In this document: one piece after another, positions 11,223 to 22,758 of the stretch
How the letters are laid out: each line of letters begins with the position of its first letter
Position numbering within the stretch: the stretch's first letter is position 1
Source of the DNA: Octopus sinensis
Taxonomy: Eukaryota
Assembly (NCBI RefSeq): GCF_006345805.1
Contig: NW_021834314.1
Coordinates: 1 to 50,019 of the forward strand
Direction of reading: 5' to 3'
DNA: 50,019 bases
Notes under the pieces: generated by a model
What the model was told of the DNA's origin: nothing
Seen by the model: the letters and a program-made list of their open reading frames with translations, nothing else
Databases searched by the model: none
Program-made: the position numbers and the translations under genes

Positions 11223-11567
11223 AAAGATGAGAGAATATATTTGGTAAACGGTTAATTGATGGAAGACATACAATGTTTCTGCCAACCAAATCCCACTGAT
11301 ACACTTCCTCTTCCTTCCCCCTCCCCATGCAAGAGTCAATCAAAAAATGTTCTGGATCGACATATTGTGAGAGGATCACTAACTTTCACAGATGTGCCTT
11401 TGTTCATAGAACAATATAGATATTTTTGAGAAATTCAGGACAAGACGAAGTCTTATTATTATTATTATTATTATTATTGGGGCTGATGTAATCGACTAGT
11501 GCCCTCCCACCAAATTTCAGGCCTTGTATCTGTAGTGGAAAGGATTATTATTATCATTATTATTATT

Positions 11568-11943
11568 ATTCAGTGGTTTTATTTTTATAGTGTGCTTTCA
11601 CTTCACTACCGAGAACAGCTCTGTGTGCCTTGGGTATGTGCTGTGGTTTGTTGTGATGCTCTTATGGTTACTGTATCGAAAGTGTTCTGCGTAGGATGTG
11701 TGCAGTGCCTAGTAGTGCAATTTTCTGTATGTTATATGTGTTTGCAAGTCCTGGTGTTTTTGTTATGTATTTGTCTGAATATTTTTTTATCATGCCTAAT
11801 GCACCTACTGTGATAGGAATTGTTTGTTTTTAGATTCCACATTTGAGTTACCTCTATTTCAGGTCTTTGTATTTTGAAAGTTTTTCCATTTCTTTTAGAG
11901 ACACGTTGTCATCTGCTGGTATTGATACATCAATTAGAAAGCA
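11568..11943 (-). mobile_element. R4/Dong-like non-LTR retrotransposon 3' end (restriction-like endonuclease domain) in (TAA)n
   Basis: Minus translation of 11943->11668 is CFLIDVSIPADDNVSLKEMEKLSKYKDL/IEVTQMWNLKT/TIPITVGALGMIKKYSDKYITKTPGLANTYNIQKIALLGTAHILRRTLSIQ*, with frameshifts. This is the D..(K)E..K..KY RLE motif with the VGALG...LGTAHILR signature. TAA/ATT repeats lie on both flanks. Confidence 0.85.
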
Positions 11944-12143
11944 TTAATACTATTATTAATATTATTATTATATTTTAAAAATGAATTGACGTAATTCTTC
12001 ACAAAGGTAAACAGGTAAAAGACAAAGGTAAAAGACAAAGAGCGCAATTCGATTGTAAGATATTTTATTAGTAGAATGATATTTCAACAGTATGTCTGTC
12101 TTTGTCAAGTTCAAAATAAGAAGTGATAAAAATTCAGAAATTT

Positions 12144-12307
12144 AACAAGAGCAAGTAGCGTCCACACATTGATGGAATAATTTCTGATTTATATTTGAAT
12201 AGCACGAAATTCATGGGCCCAGGATTGGGTTCAACACTGGGTTCTAGCAAATCCAAATATGAATCTGAAATTATTCCATCAACGTGTGGACGCTACTTGC
12301 TCTCGTT
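12144..12307. repeat. Inverted repeat, 57-bp arms, 50-bp spacer (MITE/foldback-like)
   Basis: 12144-12200 matches the reverse complement of 12251-12307 with 5 mismatches. Confidence 0.85.
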
Positions 12308-12342
12308 ATCAATATTATCATTATTATTATTATTATTATTAT

Positions 12343-12580
12343 AGGCGGCGAGCTGGCAGAAACGTTAGCACGCCTGGCAAAATGCGTAGCCGTATTTCGT
12401 CTGCCGTTACATTCTGAGTTCAAATTCCGCCGAGGTCGACTTTACCTTTCATCCTTTCGGGCTCGATAAATAAAGTACCAGTTACGCACTGGGGTTGATG
12501 TAATTGACTTAATCCGTTTGTCTGTCCTTGTTTGTCCCTTCTATGTTTAGCCCCTTGTGGGTAGTAAAAAAAAAAAATAT
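12343..12580 (+). mobile_element. Full-length family A SINE
   Basis: aggcggcgagctggcagaaacgttagcacgcc...gagttcaaattccgccgaggtcgac...ccccttgtgggtagtaaaaa. Confidence 0.92.
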
Positions 12581-13064
12581 ATATTATTATTATTATTATT
12601 ATTATCATTATTGTTATTTGTTGTTGTTTACATCCTCTAATAACTGCTGATGACATAAACTAGAATTTTCAGTGAAGGACCTGGTGAAAATCCATGACAC
12701 ATTTTCATTAATAAATTATATATCAAAACCCAGTTAGTCACAAAAGAAAAATGCATTTATAGGATTTTTAAATGAATAGTAGACATAAGACAGTTCTAAG
12801 TTCAACGCCACCATCTGGTTCTTGAGTGTCTTTAGAACTGTTTACTCTACTACAAGGATTCAGATAAGAAACTTCGATATCTAGATTCTTTCTACAAACA
12901 TTGTCCAGAAAATGTTTAAATAAGGAATTGGTTACATTAATCTCGCATGTCTGCGAGGAAGAACATGCAAAGGTCACAGGCACTGTTTACATAGCCTTCT
13001 CTTTTCAGTTATCTTATGTAAGACTCACAGACATCCAGACAACTGTGATTATTTGTTTCACAGT

Positions 13065-13590
13065 GATTACTGGCTTGAAGTTTGCTTCCAAACCACATGG
13101 TTTTGAGTTCAGTCCCACTCCTTGGCACCTTTGGTAAGTTGTTCTTTTACTATAGCCCCAGGCACCAACCAAAGCCTTGTAAGTGGATTTGGTAGATGGA
13201 AACTGAAAGAAGACCATCCTGTCAGTATGTATGTGTATGAGTGTTTGTGTATGCTTGTGTATGTATGAGTGTGTGTGTGTGTGTATGAGTGCATGTGTGT
13301 GTGTATGAGTGCATGTGTGTGTGTGTGTGTAGTTGTTAGTGTTTCTTAGTCATGATAGAGTGTGATAATTGTAAATGAGTGTCACTGTCATATGGCCAGT
13401 GTCTTTCATTTCCAGTCTTCCATGAAAAAAATGTGTCTAGCCATGGGGAAATATTACCTTGCTTGGAAACAGGAGAGGGTTGGTGACAAAAAGGGCATCC
13501 CATCCAACCATGGATAATCTTCCTCAGCAAATCCTATCTGACCCATGTGAGCATGAAAAGTGGATATTAAACCAATTATGAAGATGATGC
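13065..13590 (+). mobile_element. SINE with a family B-type head and a different tail (family H)
   Basis: Head ccacatggttttgagttcagtccc..gcacctttgg..; tail ggccatggggaaatattaccttgcttggaaacagg..acccatg..gcatg.aaagtgga. Related pieces occur at 22040-22265 (-) and 31960-32110 (+). Confidence 0.7.
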
Positions 13591-15956
13591 ATGGCCAGGT
13601 GAAGAGGATGTAAGACTCAGGATCTTAAAATCCTATTTTGACACTGGGGTAAAATATATGAAGCCCAGTATACCCATCATGACTACCCGTCTGATAAGGG
13701 TACACCAGGCACATGCATCACAATCATATGTGCATGACACAGTGATCTCATATCAAGATAAACAGCACATGACCTTGCAGGTGGGGCCCAGTTAGAATTT
13801 TCTTCAGGTCAAGGTGCCCATTCTACTCAAAAGGTCCCTGAATAAGGATTTGTTTAAGGATATTGAACGACACACCTATGTTTCCAGAGGTGAATTATCC
13901 AAACCCGAAAGAATTTCTCTCAGCACACGGCTATGATGTTCCCCCACTACTTCTGCTCGTGATCAGAGATGCACATATCATCAGCCACCAAGGGACATGC
14001 TCAACTGGTTAAGGTCAAACAACTGACAAGCAAATCTGTGGTTTTGAGCAGAATAATATTTGCTGTAGCCCATCTTTTATACCAAGACAAAACAGTGTAC
14101 ATGATAACACTTCCAATAAGTTAAGATCAGAAACCATGAGAGCCACTGCTTGGCCATCCCCACCACTACTGTTCCTTCAATAGCAGTCTCTGAGGTACCT
14201 CTATCAAAAATTAAAGAGCCTTTTTTGGCCAGGGAACACAGCACAATCCCTCTGTGATGATGGGGATATAAACCAGTGACCCTTTAACCTGCCATACTCA
14301 GACGCCAGCCCAGACCCTTGCCCCCCCCCCATGCTTATTCATCCAGCCGCAACTCTCTGATGTTGCTTTATGAAAAAGACAACAACAACAACAAAAAAAA
14401 AGGAAGCTATTAACAAGACCCTGGAAAAAAATATATCCAATATTCCATAATTTAATGAATGTTTTTATAGATATTCCAATTAATTAATTAAACATGAATA
14501 AAGAAAAAAATAAATAAATGAAAATAAAAATGAAATCAAATAAAAAAAATAATAATAAAAATAATTAAAAAAAACAGCAAAAATCAGAAGTTACCCTGTG
14601 ATATATTATTTATTTTAATTTTTGCATTTTCCATTATATTTATTTGGTATTTTAAAGCTCTCCTGCTGCTTCGTATTAGAATTTTTAATCTATAATGGAC
14701 CGAACTCTTCGAAATGTTCCTGTTGCACCCACTCTCTCTCATCTTCATAGAAACTCATTATTGAGTCCCACCTCTCTGCCTCTCGTCCCCTTGTACTGTC
14801 GTTACTCATAGTATGTTGTTGTTGTTGTGTTGTTTTTAAAACCTGACCCCTCCCTTCTCATTCTAATCCTTATTAATCTAAAAAAAAATATGAATGATTC
14901 TTTATTTAAGTCATTACCAATCAGTAAGGTCATTCGTGATGATGATGATGATGATAATGAAGAGGTCGTGATGAGGGTGGTGGTGATGATGGTGGTGGTG
15001 ATGATGGTGGTGATGGCTATGGTTATGATTAAAGTAGTGACGGTTGTGGAAAAAAAATCCAAAAAAATCCAAAACAAACAAAACTGATTCTACATAGTAT
15101 TATTAGGTAGGGTGTGGGGAAGAAAGTATGGGTGAGAGAAAGAGAGAGGTGGTGGGGGGGGGGCAATGAATAAAAAAGTAATTAGCTCAGATCGTTGTAA
15201 TTAAACTACAACCTACTATAGATGATGGCCGAGATTTTGCAGCGACACCCCACCCTGCTAATGAACACCTTTCCATCTCAATCATAGCCCCGATAACTGC
15301 CATTAACATCCCTCTCAGTTTTTTTCCCCTCTTTGAATATTACAAATACAGCTGAAAGACAGTTTAATTCAAAGATGTTTGTTTACAGAAAACATACACA
15401 ATTAAAAAAAAAAAGAAAAAGAAAAAGAAGGAAAAATAAAAATAAAAAAAATAAACAGAATCCCAGAATGTCAGTGACAGTCTTGCATTTTTATCAGTAA
15501 TGCAAAGATGAATAAAATTGGCTAAGTGAAGCTAAATATGTTTGCCATGAGGAGAGATGAGTTCTTTCTTTTATCTACTAGACATGTTAAAGACACCTGG
15601 TACACTCTATGGAGTGGTTGGTGTTAGGAAGGGTATCCTGCTGTAGAAACCAAGCCGAAACAGACTGGAGCCTGGTACAGCTCTCCAGTTTATCAGTTCC
15701 ACTCAAACCGTCTAACCCATGCCGGCATGGAAAATGGACACTAAATGATGATGATGATGGTTATATATACATATATAATATAGTACATAACATACATGCA
15801 TAATATATAATATAATATATACATATAATATATAATATAATATTGCTGAGACCCCCTTCGGTCATGACTGACCATGGGATTGCACCGAGAAAGTTACCCT
15901 CACAGGTACAAGTCAATATAAGAGTTTCTCTCATGGTATCTCTTTTAATGGGGTAA

Positions 15957-16184
15957 AAGTTGGCAAGCTGGCAGAAACGGTAGCACGCCGGGCTTAGCAG
16001 TATTTCGTCTGCCGTTATGTTCTGAGTTCAAATTCTGCCGAGGTTGACTTTGCCTTTCATCCTTTCGGGGGTCGATTAAATAAGTACCAGTTACGCACTG
16101 GTGTTGATATAATTGACTTAATCCGTTTGTCTGTCCTTGTTTGTCCTCTCTGTGTTTAGCCCCTTGTGGGTAATAAAGAAATAG
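15957..16184 (+). mobile_element. Family A SINE
   Basis: ggcaagctggcagaaacgg..gagttcaaattctgccgagg..ccccttgtgggtaataaagaaata. Confidence 0.9.
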
Positions 16185-16249
16185 GTATCTACTGCAATAT
16201 AGTTTGTTCTAACAGAACATCAGTGTACTAGTGGGGATAAATATCTTCT

Positions 16250-16462
16250 TTTATTCTTTTACTTGTTTGACTGTGACCATACTAGAGCACCACTTTGAAG
16301 GGGATTTTATTCAAAAGAAATCAACCCCGGAACTTATTCTTTGTAAGCCTAGTACTTATTCTATTGGTCTCTTTTACTGAACTGCTAAGTTTGGGGACAT
16401 AAACCTCCCAGCACCAGTTGTCAAGTGATGGTGGGGAAACGAACACAGACACAAAGACACAA

Positions 16463-16505
<43 letters not shown>

Positions 16506-16610
16506 GAACTTCTTTCAGTTTCTGTCTACCAAATCCATCCACAAGGCTCTGGTTGGCCCAAGGCTATAGTAGAAGACACTTGCCCACAGTGCCATGCAGT
16601 GGAAATGTAT
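16250..16610 (-). mobile_element. Family B SINE (head truncated)
   Basis: cttttacttgtttgactgtgaccat...(TA)n...cttctttcagtttctgtctaccaaatcc..gaagacacttgccc. Confidence 0.85.
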
Positions 16611-17289
16611 GTATGTGTGTGTGTGTGTACATACATACTGAGAGAGAGACTCACAGAGAGAAACAGATAGAGAAAGACAGAAAAGAAATAATGATGTATA
16701 TGAGAAAAAAAAATGAAGGAGAATGAGAATGAAGGAAGCGAAAAATCAAATGTTTAACTAGACAATAGGCCATTGCAAGTCAAATGAAGAAATTCTCAGT
16801 CATAGAGACACTACTTGACTTTGAACTCCAGCATGATGAAGATTATCACAAGAAGCTAATATTCAATGTGAATTGAGAGAGAGAAGTGTTGCAAAACAAC
16901 AACTACAACAACAAAAACACAAAAAGAAACAACAAAGTTCAAGATGAGATAAAAAAAAAAGAGAAAAGAAAAAGAACTGAAAGAAGAGAAAATTGAAATA
17001 CAAGAAGTAACTGGAAGAAGGCTTGAAACAGAAAGACTGAGAATTACTGAGAGGTGACAGAAATAAACTCTGTCATTTTTGACAGGTACTACGTCAGTAT
17101 TTATATGTGTGGTCGGTATGTATGTGTAAACAAATTATATATATGGGTCTGTGAGTTGATATACAGACATGCATACACAACACACATATGCTTATAAACT
17201 CAAAAGCAAGTCAAGGATGGTTCTACTATACTGTTAGTCTATAGCATGTATAACATATACATACATGCTTTCATAGAACCTCTTAGAAC

Positions 17290-17435
17290 TCTGTGCGAGT
17301 GTGTGCATGGATGTATATATATGTATATGTGTGTGTGAGTATGTATATATGTGTGTATGTACAAATGTGTGTGTCTGTGTGTGTATGTATATATGTGTGT
17401 ATGTACAAATGTGTGTCTGTGTATGTATGTATATA

Positions 17436-17470
<35 letters not shown>

Positions 17471-17483
17471 GTGTGTGTGTGTG

Positions 17484-17528
<45 letters not shown>

Positions 17529-17557
17529 GTGTGTATATATATATGTGTATATATATA

Positions 17558-17602
<45 letters not shown>

Positions 17603-17664
17603 ATGTATATATATATATATGTGTGTGTGTGTATGTATATATATATATATATATGTGTGTGTAT

Positions 17665-17717
<53 letters not shown>

Positions 17718-17740
17718 TATATACACACACACCCAAACAC
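17290..17740. repeat. Compound (TG)n/(TA)n microsatellite
   Basis: Directly visible. Confidence 0.95.
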
Positions 17741-18333
17741 TTACACACATACGTAAGCATCATGGAACTCAGGAGGTTTTCCTGACAAGTGTCTTCCATG
17801 GTTTTAAATGATGCATAGTAGTAGAGACTCGCTCTGCAGAACAGAACCAAATCCCTTCAGAACAGTATGAATAACCTGACAGCAGTGCTTAGATGCTACA
17901 CAAGGGCAGAGCATTGTGTATAAGTACTGCAACAAAGTTAGGAAAAAAAACAAACAAAAACAAAGATCAACAAGTTTCAGAAGCTATATATAGAGTGGCA
18001 CTATCATTTTCACAAATATTTCATCTCGGTTTTTATATTCTGTGTATTTTTCGTATTTTTTATTGATTTATTTCAGCTTTAATTTAATATTTATTTATTT
18101 GAGTGATTATGTCGGGAGGGAGGTGAAAGGTCTGAGTTTTAACAAACTGGTTTTATTGTTTAACTCTTGACCTAGACAAAAGGGGGGCCAAAGTGGATAA
18201 GAGATTGCAAAATTGCACAGTCAAGCTGACTAGCAAAAGGTGCTGGTTTATGGTCATTCAGCCAACCCCCAAAACAAATAATACCAAACCTTACTTTACC
18301 ATTTAAAAAATATGGACACACTGGACAATATAG

Positions 18334-18364
<31 letters not shown>

Positions 18365-18369
<5 letters not shown>

Positions 18370-18556
18370 TCTTTTACTTGTTTCAGTCATTTGACTGCAG
18401 CCATGCTGGAGCACTGCCTTTAGTCGAGCAAATCGACCCCAGGACTTATTCTTTGTAAGCCTAGTACTTATTCTATCGGTCTCTTTTGCTGAACTACTAA
18501 GTTACGGGGACGTAAACACACCAGCATCGGTTGTCAAGTGATGTTGGAGGGACACA
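18365..18556 (-). mobile_element. Family B SINE, 3' half
   Basis: ctcttttacttgtttcagtcatttgactgcagccatgctggagcactgcctttagtcgagcaaatcgacccc... Confidence 0.9.
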
Positions 18557-18564
18557 AAGTTATA

Positions 18565-18780
18565 TTCTGGATGTACAATGCCACCAAGAGTCATTGCTGA
18601 AAGCTATCCTGACAGAAAGTGTGGAGGAGAAGAGAGCAAAGGTCCATCAAAGGGGTTTGTGAACTGACAACATCGAAAAATGGACTGGAAACGAGAGTCT
18701 GGCTGATTGTAAGAATGCAACAAAACACAGAGGGAACTGGAGAGTCTTGGCAAGCTGATCCCTAGGCTCAGGGAGAACAC
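18565..18780 (+). mobile_element. Degenerate RTE-type LINE 3' end
   Basis: Translation LLKAILTESVEEKRAKVHQRGL*TDNIEKWTGNESLADCKNATKHRGNWRVLAS* fits the RTE tail pattern (IL.G.VEG.R.RGR....W.DNI..WTG....A.DR..WR). Confidence 0.7.
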
Positions 18781-18919
18781 TTGGTTGCTGCCAATATATG
18801 TTTGTGTATGTGTGTGTATGACATTATTGCCATTCCCTCTGCCAACAGTTTGCCCACTGGTTTTGTGCTTTCAAAGACATGTAGAATAACAGAGCCCTTT
18901 CTTGAGAAGTAGGTGGTAA

Positions 18920-19140
18920 CCCTTTAGCATTTAAACTGGCCATATCCAGCCAAAAATATTCTACCTGTTTTATGTTCAAACTAGCCCTATCTGGTCTCTC
19001 ACACGAACCCTACAATATTGTTTAAAAAATTAACAGCTACCTCATCAAAATCTCATAGCTACAAGATAATGCATGATTAATTCAAAGCAATGTAGATGAA
19101 GAAGCATTAATTTTGGCAGAATAATGCGATCACTAAAGGG
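18920..19140 (+). mobile_element. piggyBac-like MITE
   Basis: gtaa|ccctttag ... ctaaaggg|ttaa: 8-bp terminal inverted repeat with a TTAA-type target site (left copy degenerate). Homologous partial copies occur at 22605-22758 (-) and about 32100-32168. Confidence 0.7.
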
Positions 19141-19613
19141 TTAAGCAACAGAAAGGACATCCAGTTGTAAAACACTGTCTTGCCAGCATGGAAAAAAAAA
19201 ATGAATGTAAAACGAAAAAGTAAGCAATGAACAATGTATTATTGAATATCAAATCTTAAACATCATATCTCTCTTTCTCTCTCTAGCCTAGGAGGCTGGA
19301 AATCTGCAACAAGAGATGCAACCATCCAAATTTATAGCAGTGAAATCTTCTCAAATCACACCAGATCTTCTGTCTACAAAAAAAAAAAAAAAAAAAAACA
19401 CCCTTGGGGGCCTATATAGAGCTGCACTCTCATTTGCACAAATATTTGATCTCAGTTTTCATTATATTCTTTAATAAGACGTGAATTCAAAGTATACAAA
19501 TATCAACTATCAAAGCCAAACTACAGTGGGGTATCTACTTTGATGGGCCACTCTGTTTGGCCATTTTGCCAAGATACATTTTTTTGAAAGGATTTGGAAT
19601 AAGTTGGACTCAC

Positions 19614-19741
19614 CGAATCTCTTTTTGTGCTTTGCCATGTGAAGTGAATCTCATTGATTTCTGTGGCAACTGGTAGATTGAATGAGAGGGCATGATGGTT
19701 GATGATACCATTACGGACATAAGACAATTCTGCTGTGATGC
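19614..19741 (-). CDS. RYK: Internal coding exon of a Ryk/Derailed-family receptor tyrosine kinase (N-terminal part of the extracellular WIF domain)
   Basis: Minus strand reads ctaat...ccttctatttctcttgtAG | GC ATC ACA GCA GAA TTG TCT TAT GTC CGT AAT GGT ... GAT TCG | GTgagt. This 128-nt exon (phase 1 in, phase 0 out) encodes (G)ITAELSYVRNGIINHHALSFNLPVATEINEIHFTWQSTKRDS. It matches the remembered RYK/Drl WIF pattern G-L-x-AELYYVR-x-x-x-I-x-x-YAL-x-F-x-L-x-VP...L-x-FTW and fits WIF1 less well. Confidence 0.9.
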
Positions 19742-20182
19742 CTACAAGAGAAATAGAAGGATAATTAGATATAACACCCTATGAGGAAAAAGAGAATAAA
19801 AAAAAAAGGAAGAAAAATATACATTCCATGAATTTCTTTCAGACAGTAATTCTTTTCCATTTGTAAGAAACGTTTCACTAGGTTATGTCATGCTGATGGC
19901 TTTTAAAAAGGATGAAATAGTGTGATGCATGATTTCCACTGACCAGAAATTTTAAGAACTTTATAATAAGCAAGCAGTAAAAAAAAAAAAAATTTTTTAA
20001 TGATTATTTTGATGTGTAGGGAAGTTGATTACATCAACCTCAATGCTCATTTGATACTCATTTCATTAACCCCAAAAGGATAAAAGCAAAGGCGGTGTCA
20101 GCAGGATTTGAACTCAGAATGTAAGGACAAAATAAAATGCCACTAAACATTTTGCCCAGCATGCTAACAGTTCTGCCAGGAA

Positions 20183-20222
<40 letters not shown>

Positions 20223-20256
20223 TAATAATGATGATGATGATGATGATGATAATAAT

Positions 20257-20487
20257 TTATTTCTTTATTGCCCACAGGGGGCTAAACATAGAGGGGACAA
20301 ACAAGGACAGACAAGGGGATTAAGTTGATTATATCAACCCCAGTGATTTTACTGGTACTTATTTAATCGAGCCCAAAAGGATGAAAGGCAAAGTCAACCT
20401 CAGCGGAATTTGAACTCAGAACATAATGACAGACGAAATACCCGCAAAGTATTTCACCTGGCACGCTAACGTTTCAGCCAGCTCGCC
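20257..20487 (-). mobile_element. Full-length family A SINE in a (TAA)n/(GAT)n tract
   Basis: tttctttattgcccacagggggctaaac...ccagctcgcc. A degenerate second copy lies at about 20020-20180. Confidence 0.9.
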
Positions 20488-21189
20488 AATAATAATAATA
20501 ATAATAATGTAAAAATAAAAAGGCAAGTGATGTTAAAAAATTATGTTGCTGCCATTTCAAAAAAGAGAAAAACAGGATATTTTTTTTTAAATGTGCTAAG
20601 GGAATTGAAATTTGAAATTTGTAGGAGTGGGAGTGGGTGATAATGAGTTTTGTAATTTATATTTTTGTTTTTTTATTTTAATTTTTGCAGAACATTGAGA
20701 TAGTAAAATTTTTGCTAAACTTGACAAAAAGATGAGAAAATAAATATACTTTTGTAATTTAATTTATATTTGTTTTTTTTTTACTCCTTATTTTTCCCCT
20801 CTTTTATATTGTAATTATATTGTCAAAAAGTAATTTCTCAGTTACATATTGGAAAGATAAAGAAATTCCTCAAAGTTAACAAAAAAAAAAATCAAATTAA
20901 AAAAAGAAACCCCACAAAAACAATCAATCAATTAATCATCTATTTTGGAGGGGAGGAATTTGAAGCTATGGAAAAACAAATTTTTAAGATTTATCAAATC
21001 ATGTTAATGGAATACAATAATTTGTTTTGAAAAATGAAAACAAAACAATAGAAAAAATTATTGATTTCTAATAACTAGGTAAAAGTCGATATTTTGTTGA
21101 AGAAAGGAGAGATATTCAATAAATGTTTTCCTTTCAGGAGCCACAGGAGCTCCATGATGTTTTGGGTGTTTAACTTCGGTTACTCAAGT

Positions 21190-21390
21190 CTTGGCTCAGT
21201 GGTTAGAGCATCAGGCTCACAATCATGAGATAGTGAGTTCGATTCCCGAACCGAGCTGTGTGTTGTGTTCCTGAGCAAGACACTTTATTTCATGTTGCTC
21301 AAGTTACACTCAGCTGTAGGAATGAAAATTACACTGTCACTTGTGCCAAGCTGTATCGACCTTTGCCTTTCCCTTGGACAACATCAGTGG
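21190..21390 (+). mobile_element. tRNA-derived SINE with ttcctgagcaagacac core
   Basis: A-box tggctcagtgg, B-box gagttcgattcc, then gtgttgtgttcctgagcaagacactttatttcatgttgctc. Confidence 0.75.
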
Positions 21391-21392
21391 CA

Positions 21393-21580
21393 GTGGAGGC
21401 GCAATGGCCCAGTGGTCAGGGCAGCAGACTCGCGGTCATAAGAATGTGGTTTCGATTCCCAGACCGGGCATTGTGAGTGTTTATTGAGCAAAAACACCTA
21501 AGCTCCACGAGGCTCCAGCGGGATGGTGGTGAACCCCGCTGTACTCTTTCACTACAACTTTCTCTCACTCTTTCTTCCTA
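21393..21580 (+). mobile_element. Family E SINE, 3'-truncated
   Basis: gtggaggcgcaatggcccagtgg..gggcagcagactcgcggtc..gtttcgattcccagaccggg, shared with 31389-31700 and 45223-45448. Confidence 0.85.
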
Positions 21581-22314
21581 CTTCTGCCACAAAGCAGAGG
21601 AACCATGGTGTAACCCACTATGGTGTGGTAAACTTTCAGACCCTAGTCTAGATTGTGAATCCTCTGTACGCCAGGATGGTTCAGCTCTCAACTCATTAAA
21701 AGCCACCGTTTACAGAATGAGGATAACAATGTAGCTTTTGTGCCCGTGCAACCGCCAGTCTATTGTGTATGGTAGGTGGATCTTCAAGTTGCCACACGCA
21801 TTCTTAGTAGCTTAGAGTAAGCTCAAATTAGAGATTATTCTTTGTGACTAATGGCGCGAGTCCTGATAATAATAATGAGGAGGAGGAGAAGTCAGTGGCA
21901 TGGAGAGGGGAGGTTGGTATGTATGAATGACCAACTGCTGGTCTTCCATAAACAGCCTTGACCGGACTTGTGCCTTGAAGCCTTACTTTCTAGGTTCAAT
22001 CCCATGTTCATTGATGACCAAAGATATAGAGACAAATATTCACTTCATTGCATCATCATCATTTTAACGTCTGCTTTTCCATCCTTACTGGTTGGATGTA
22101 GTTTATTGCAGCAGCTTTTCTATAGACGCTTTTTTACATGCCTTTCCTGTTGCCAACCTTCATCTGTTTCCATACTAGGTAATATATCCCTATGACCAGA
22201 CATGTTTTTGTAGAATATTGGAAATGAATGGCGTTTATTCACAACAATCACACAGGAAGATACAAACATTCACACAAGCACAAACTTACATACAAGTGTA
22301 TATATATATATATA

Positions 22315-22508
22315 TGTAAATTAATATGTTACCATTATTCAATAGCCAAGAAAAAACCCTGAGTTTCGGATGCTGAAGTGGAAATCCACAACACCATCTC
22401 TTCGGTTGGCCAGATAACCAAAGAGATGGTGTTGTGGATTTCCACTTCGGCATCCGAAACTCAGAGTTTTTTCTTGGCTATTAAATAATGGTAACATGTT
22501 AATTTACA
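22315..22508. repeat. Near-perfect palindrome, 93-bp arms, 8-nt loop; probably head-to-head Penelope-like termini
   Basis: 22315-22407 matches the reverse complement of 22416-22508 with 5 mismatches, all transitions. The loop is ggccagat. The Penelope assignment is inference. Confidence 0.9.
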
Positions 22509-22604
22509 GATAAATTTCCTCTATTTACATAATATAGAGGTCTCTTTCTTTCTTTGCTATCTTACCGTTTTTACCAATAAGTGTGTGTGTGTGTGTGTGT
22601 GTAC

Positions 22605-22758
22605 ATACATTATCTTGTAGCTTTCAGTTTTCAATGATGTGACTGTTTATTTATTTATGACAAATGTTGGGGAGATGTGAGATGCTGGATCTGGCCAGTT
22701 TGAAAACAGTGTATGAAGAATATTTGGGCCAGATTTGGCTGGTTTAAATGTTAAAGGG
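22605..22758 (-). mobile_element. Partial piggyBac-like MITE (same family as 18920-19140)
   Basis: The reverse complement ttaa|ccctttaacatttaaaccagccaaatctggcccaaatattc...agctacaagataatg aligns to the 18920 copy. Confidence 0.7.

Noticed and set aside
12846-12950. Open phase-0 segment after ttcctcgcag (TCEINVTNSLFKHFLDNVCRK...) as a possible next Ryk exon
   Set aside because: No similarity to the expected continuation of the WIF domain, and the donor is weak.
13620-14150. ~530-bp complex block that I recall as a common octopus dispersed repeat
   Set aside because: Only one copy is in the window, with no TIR, TSD or ORF, so I cannot support the call from the sequence alone.
21190-21265. tRNA-like sequences (also 31630-31700, 45225-45300, 49944-50019)
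   Set aside because: They have A/B boxes but no complete cloverleaf or acceptor stem, and they continue into SINE bodies. They are SINE heads rather than tRNA genes.
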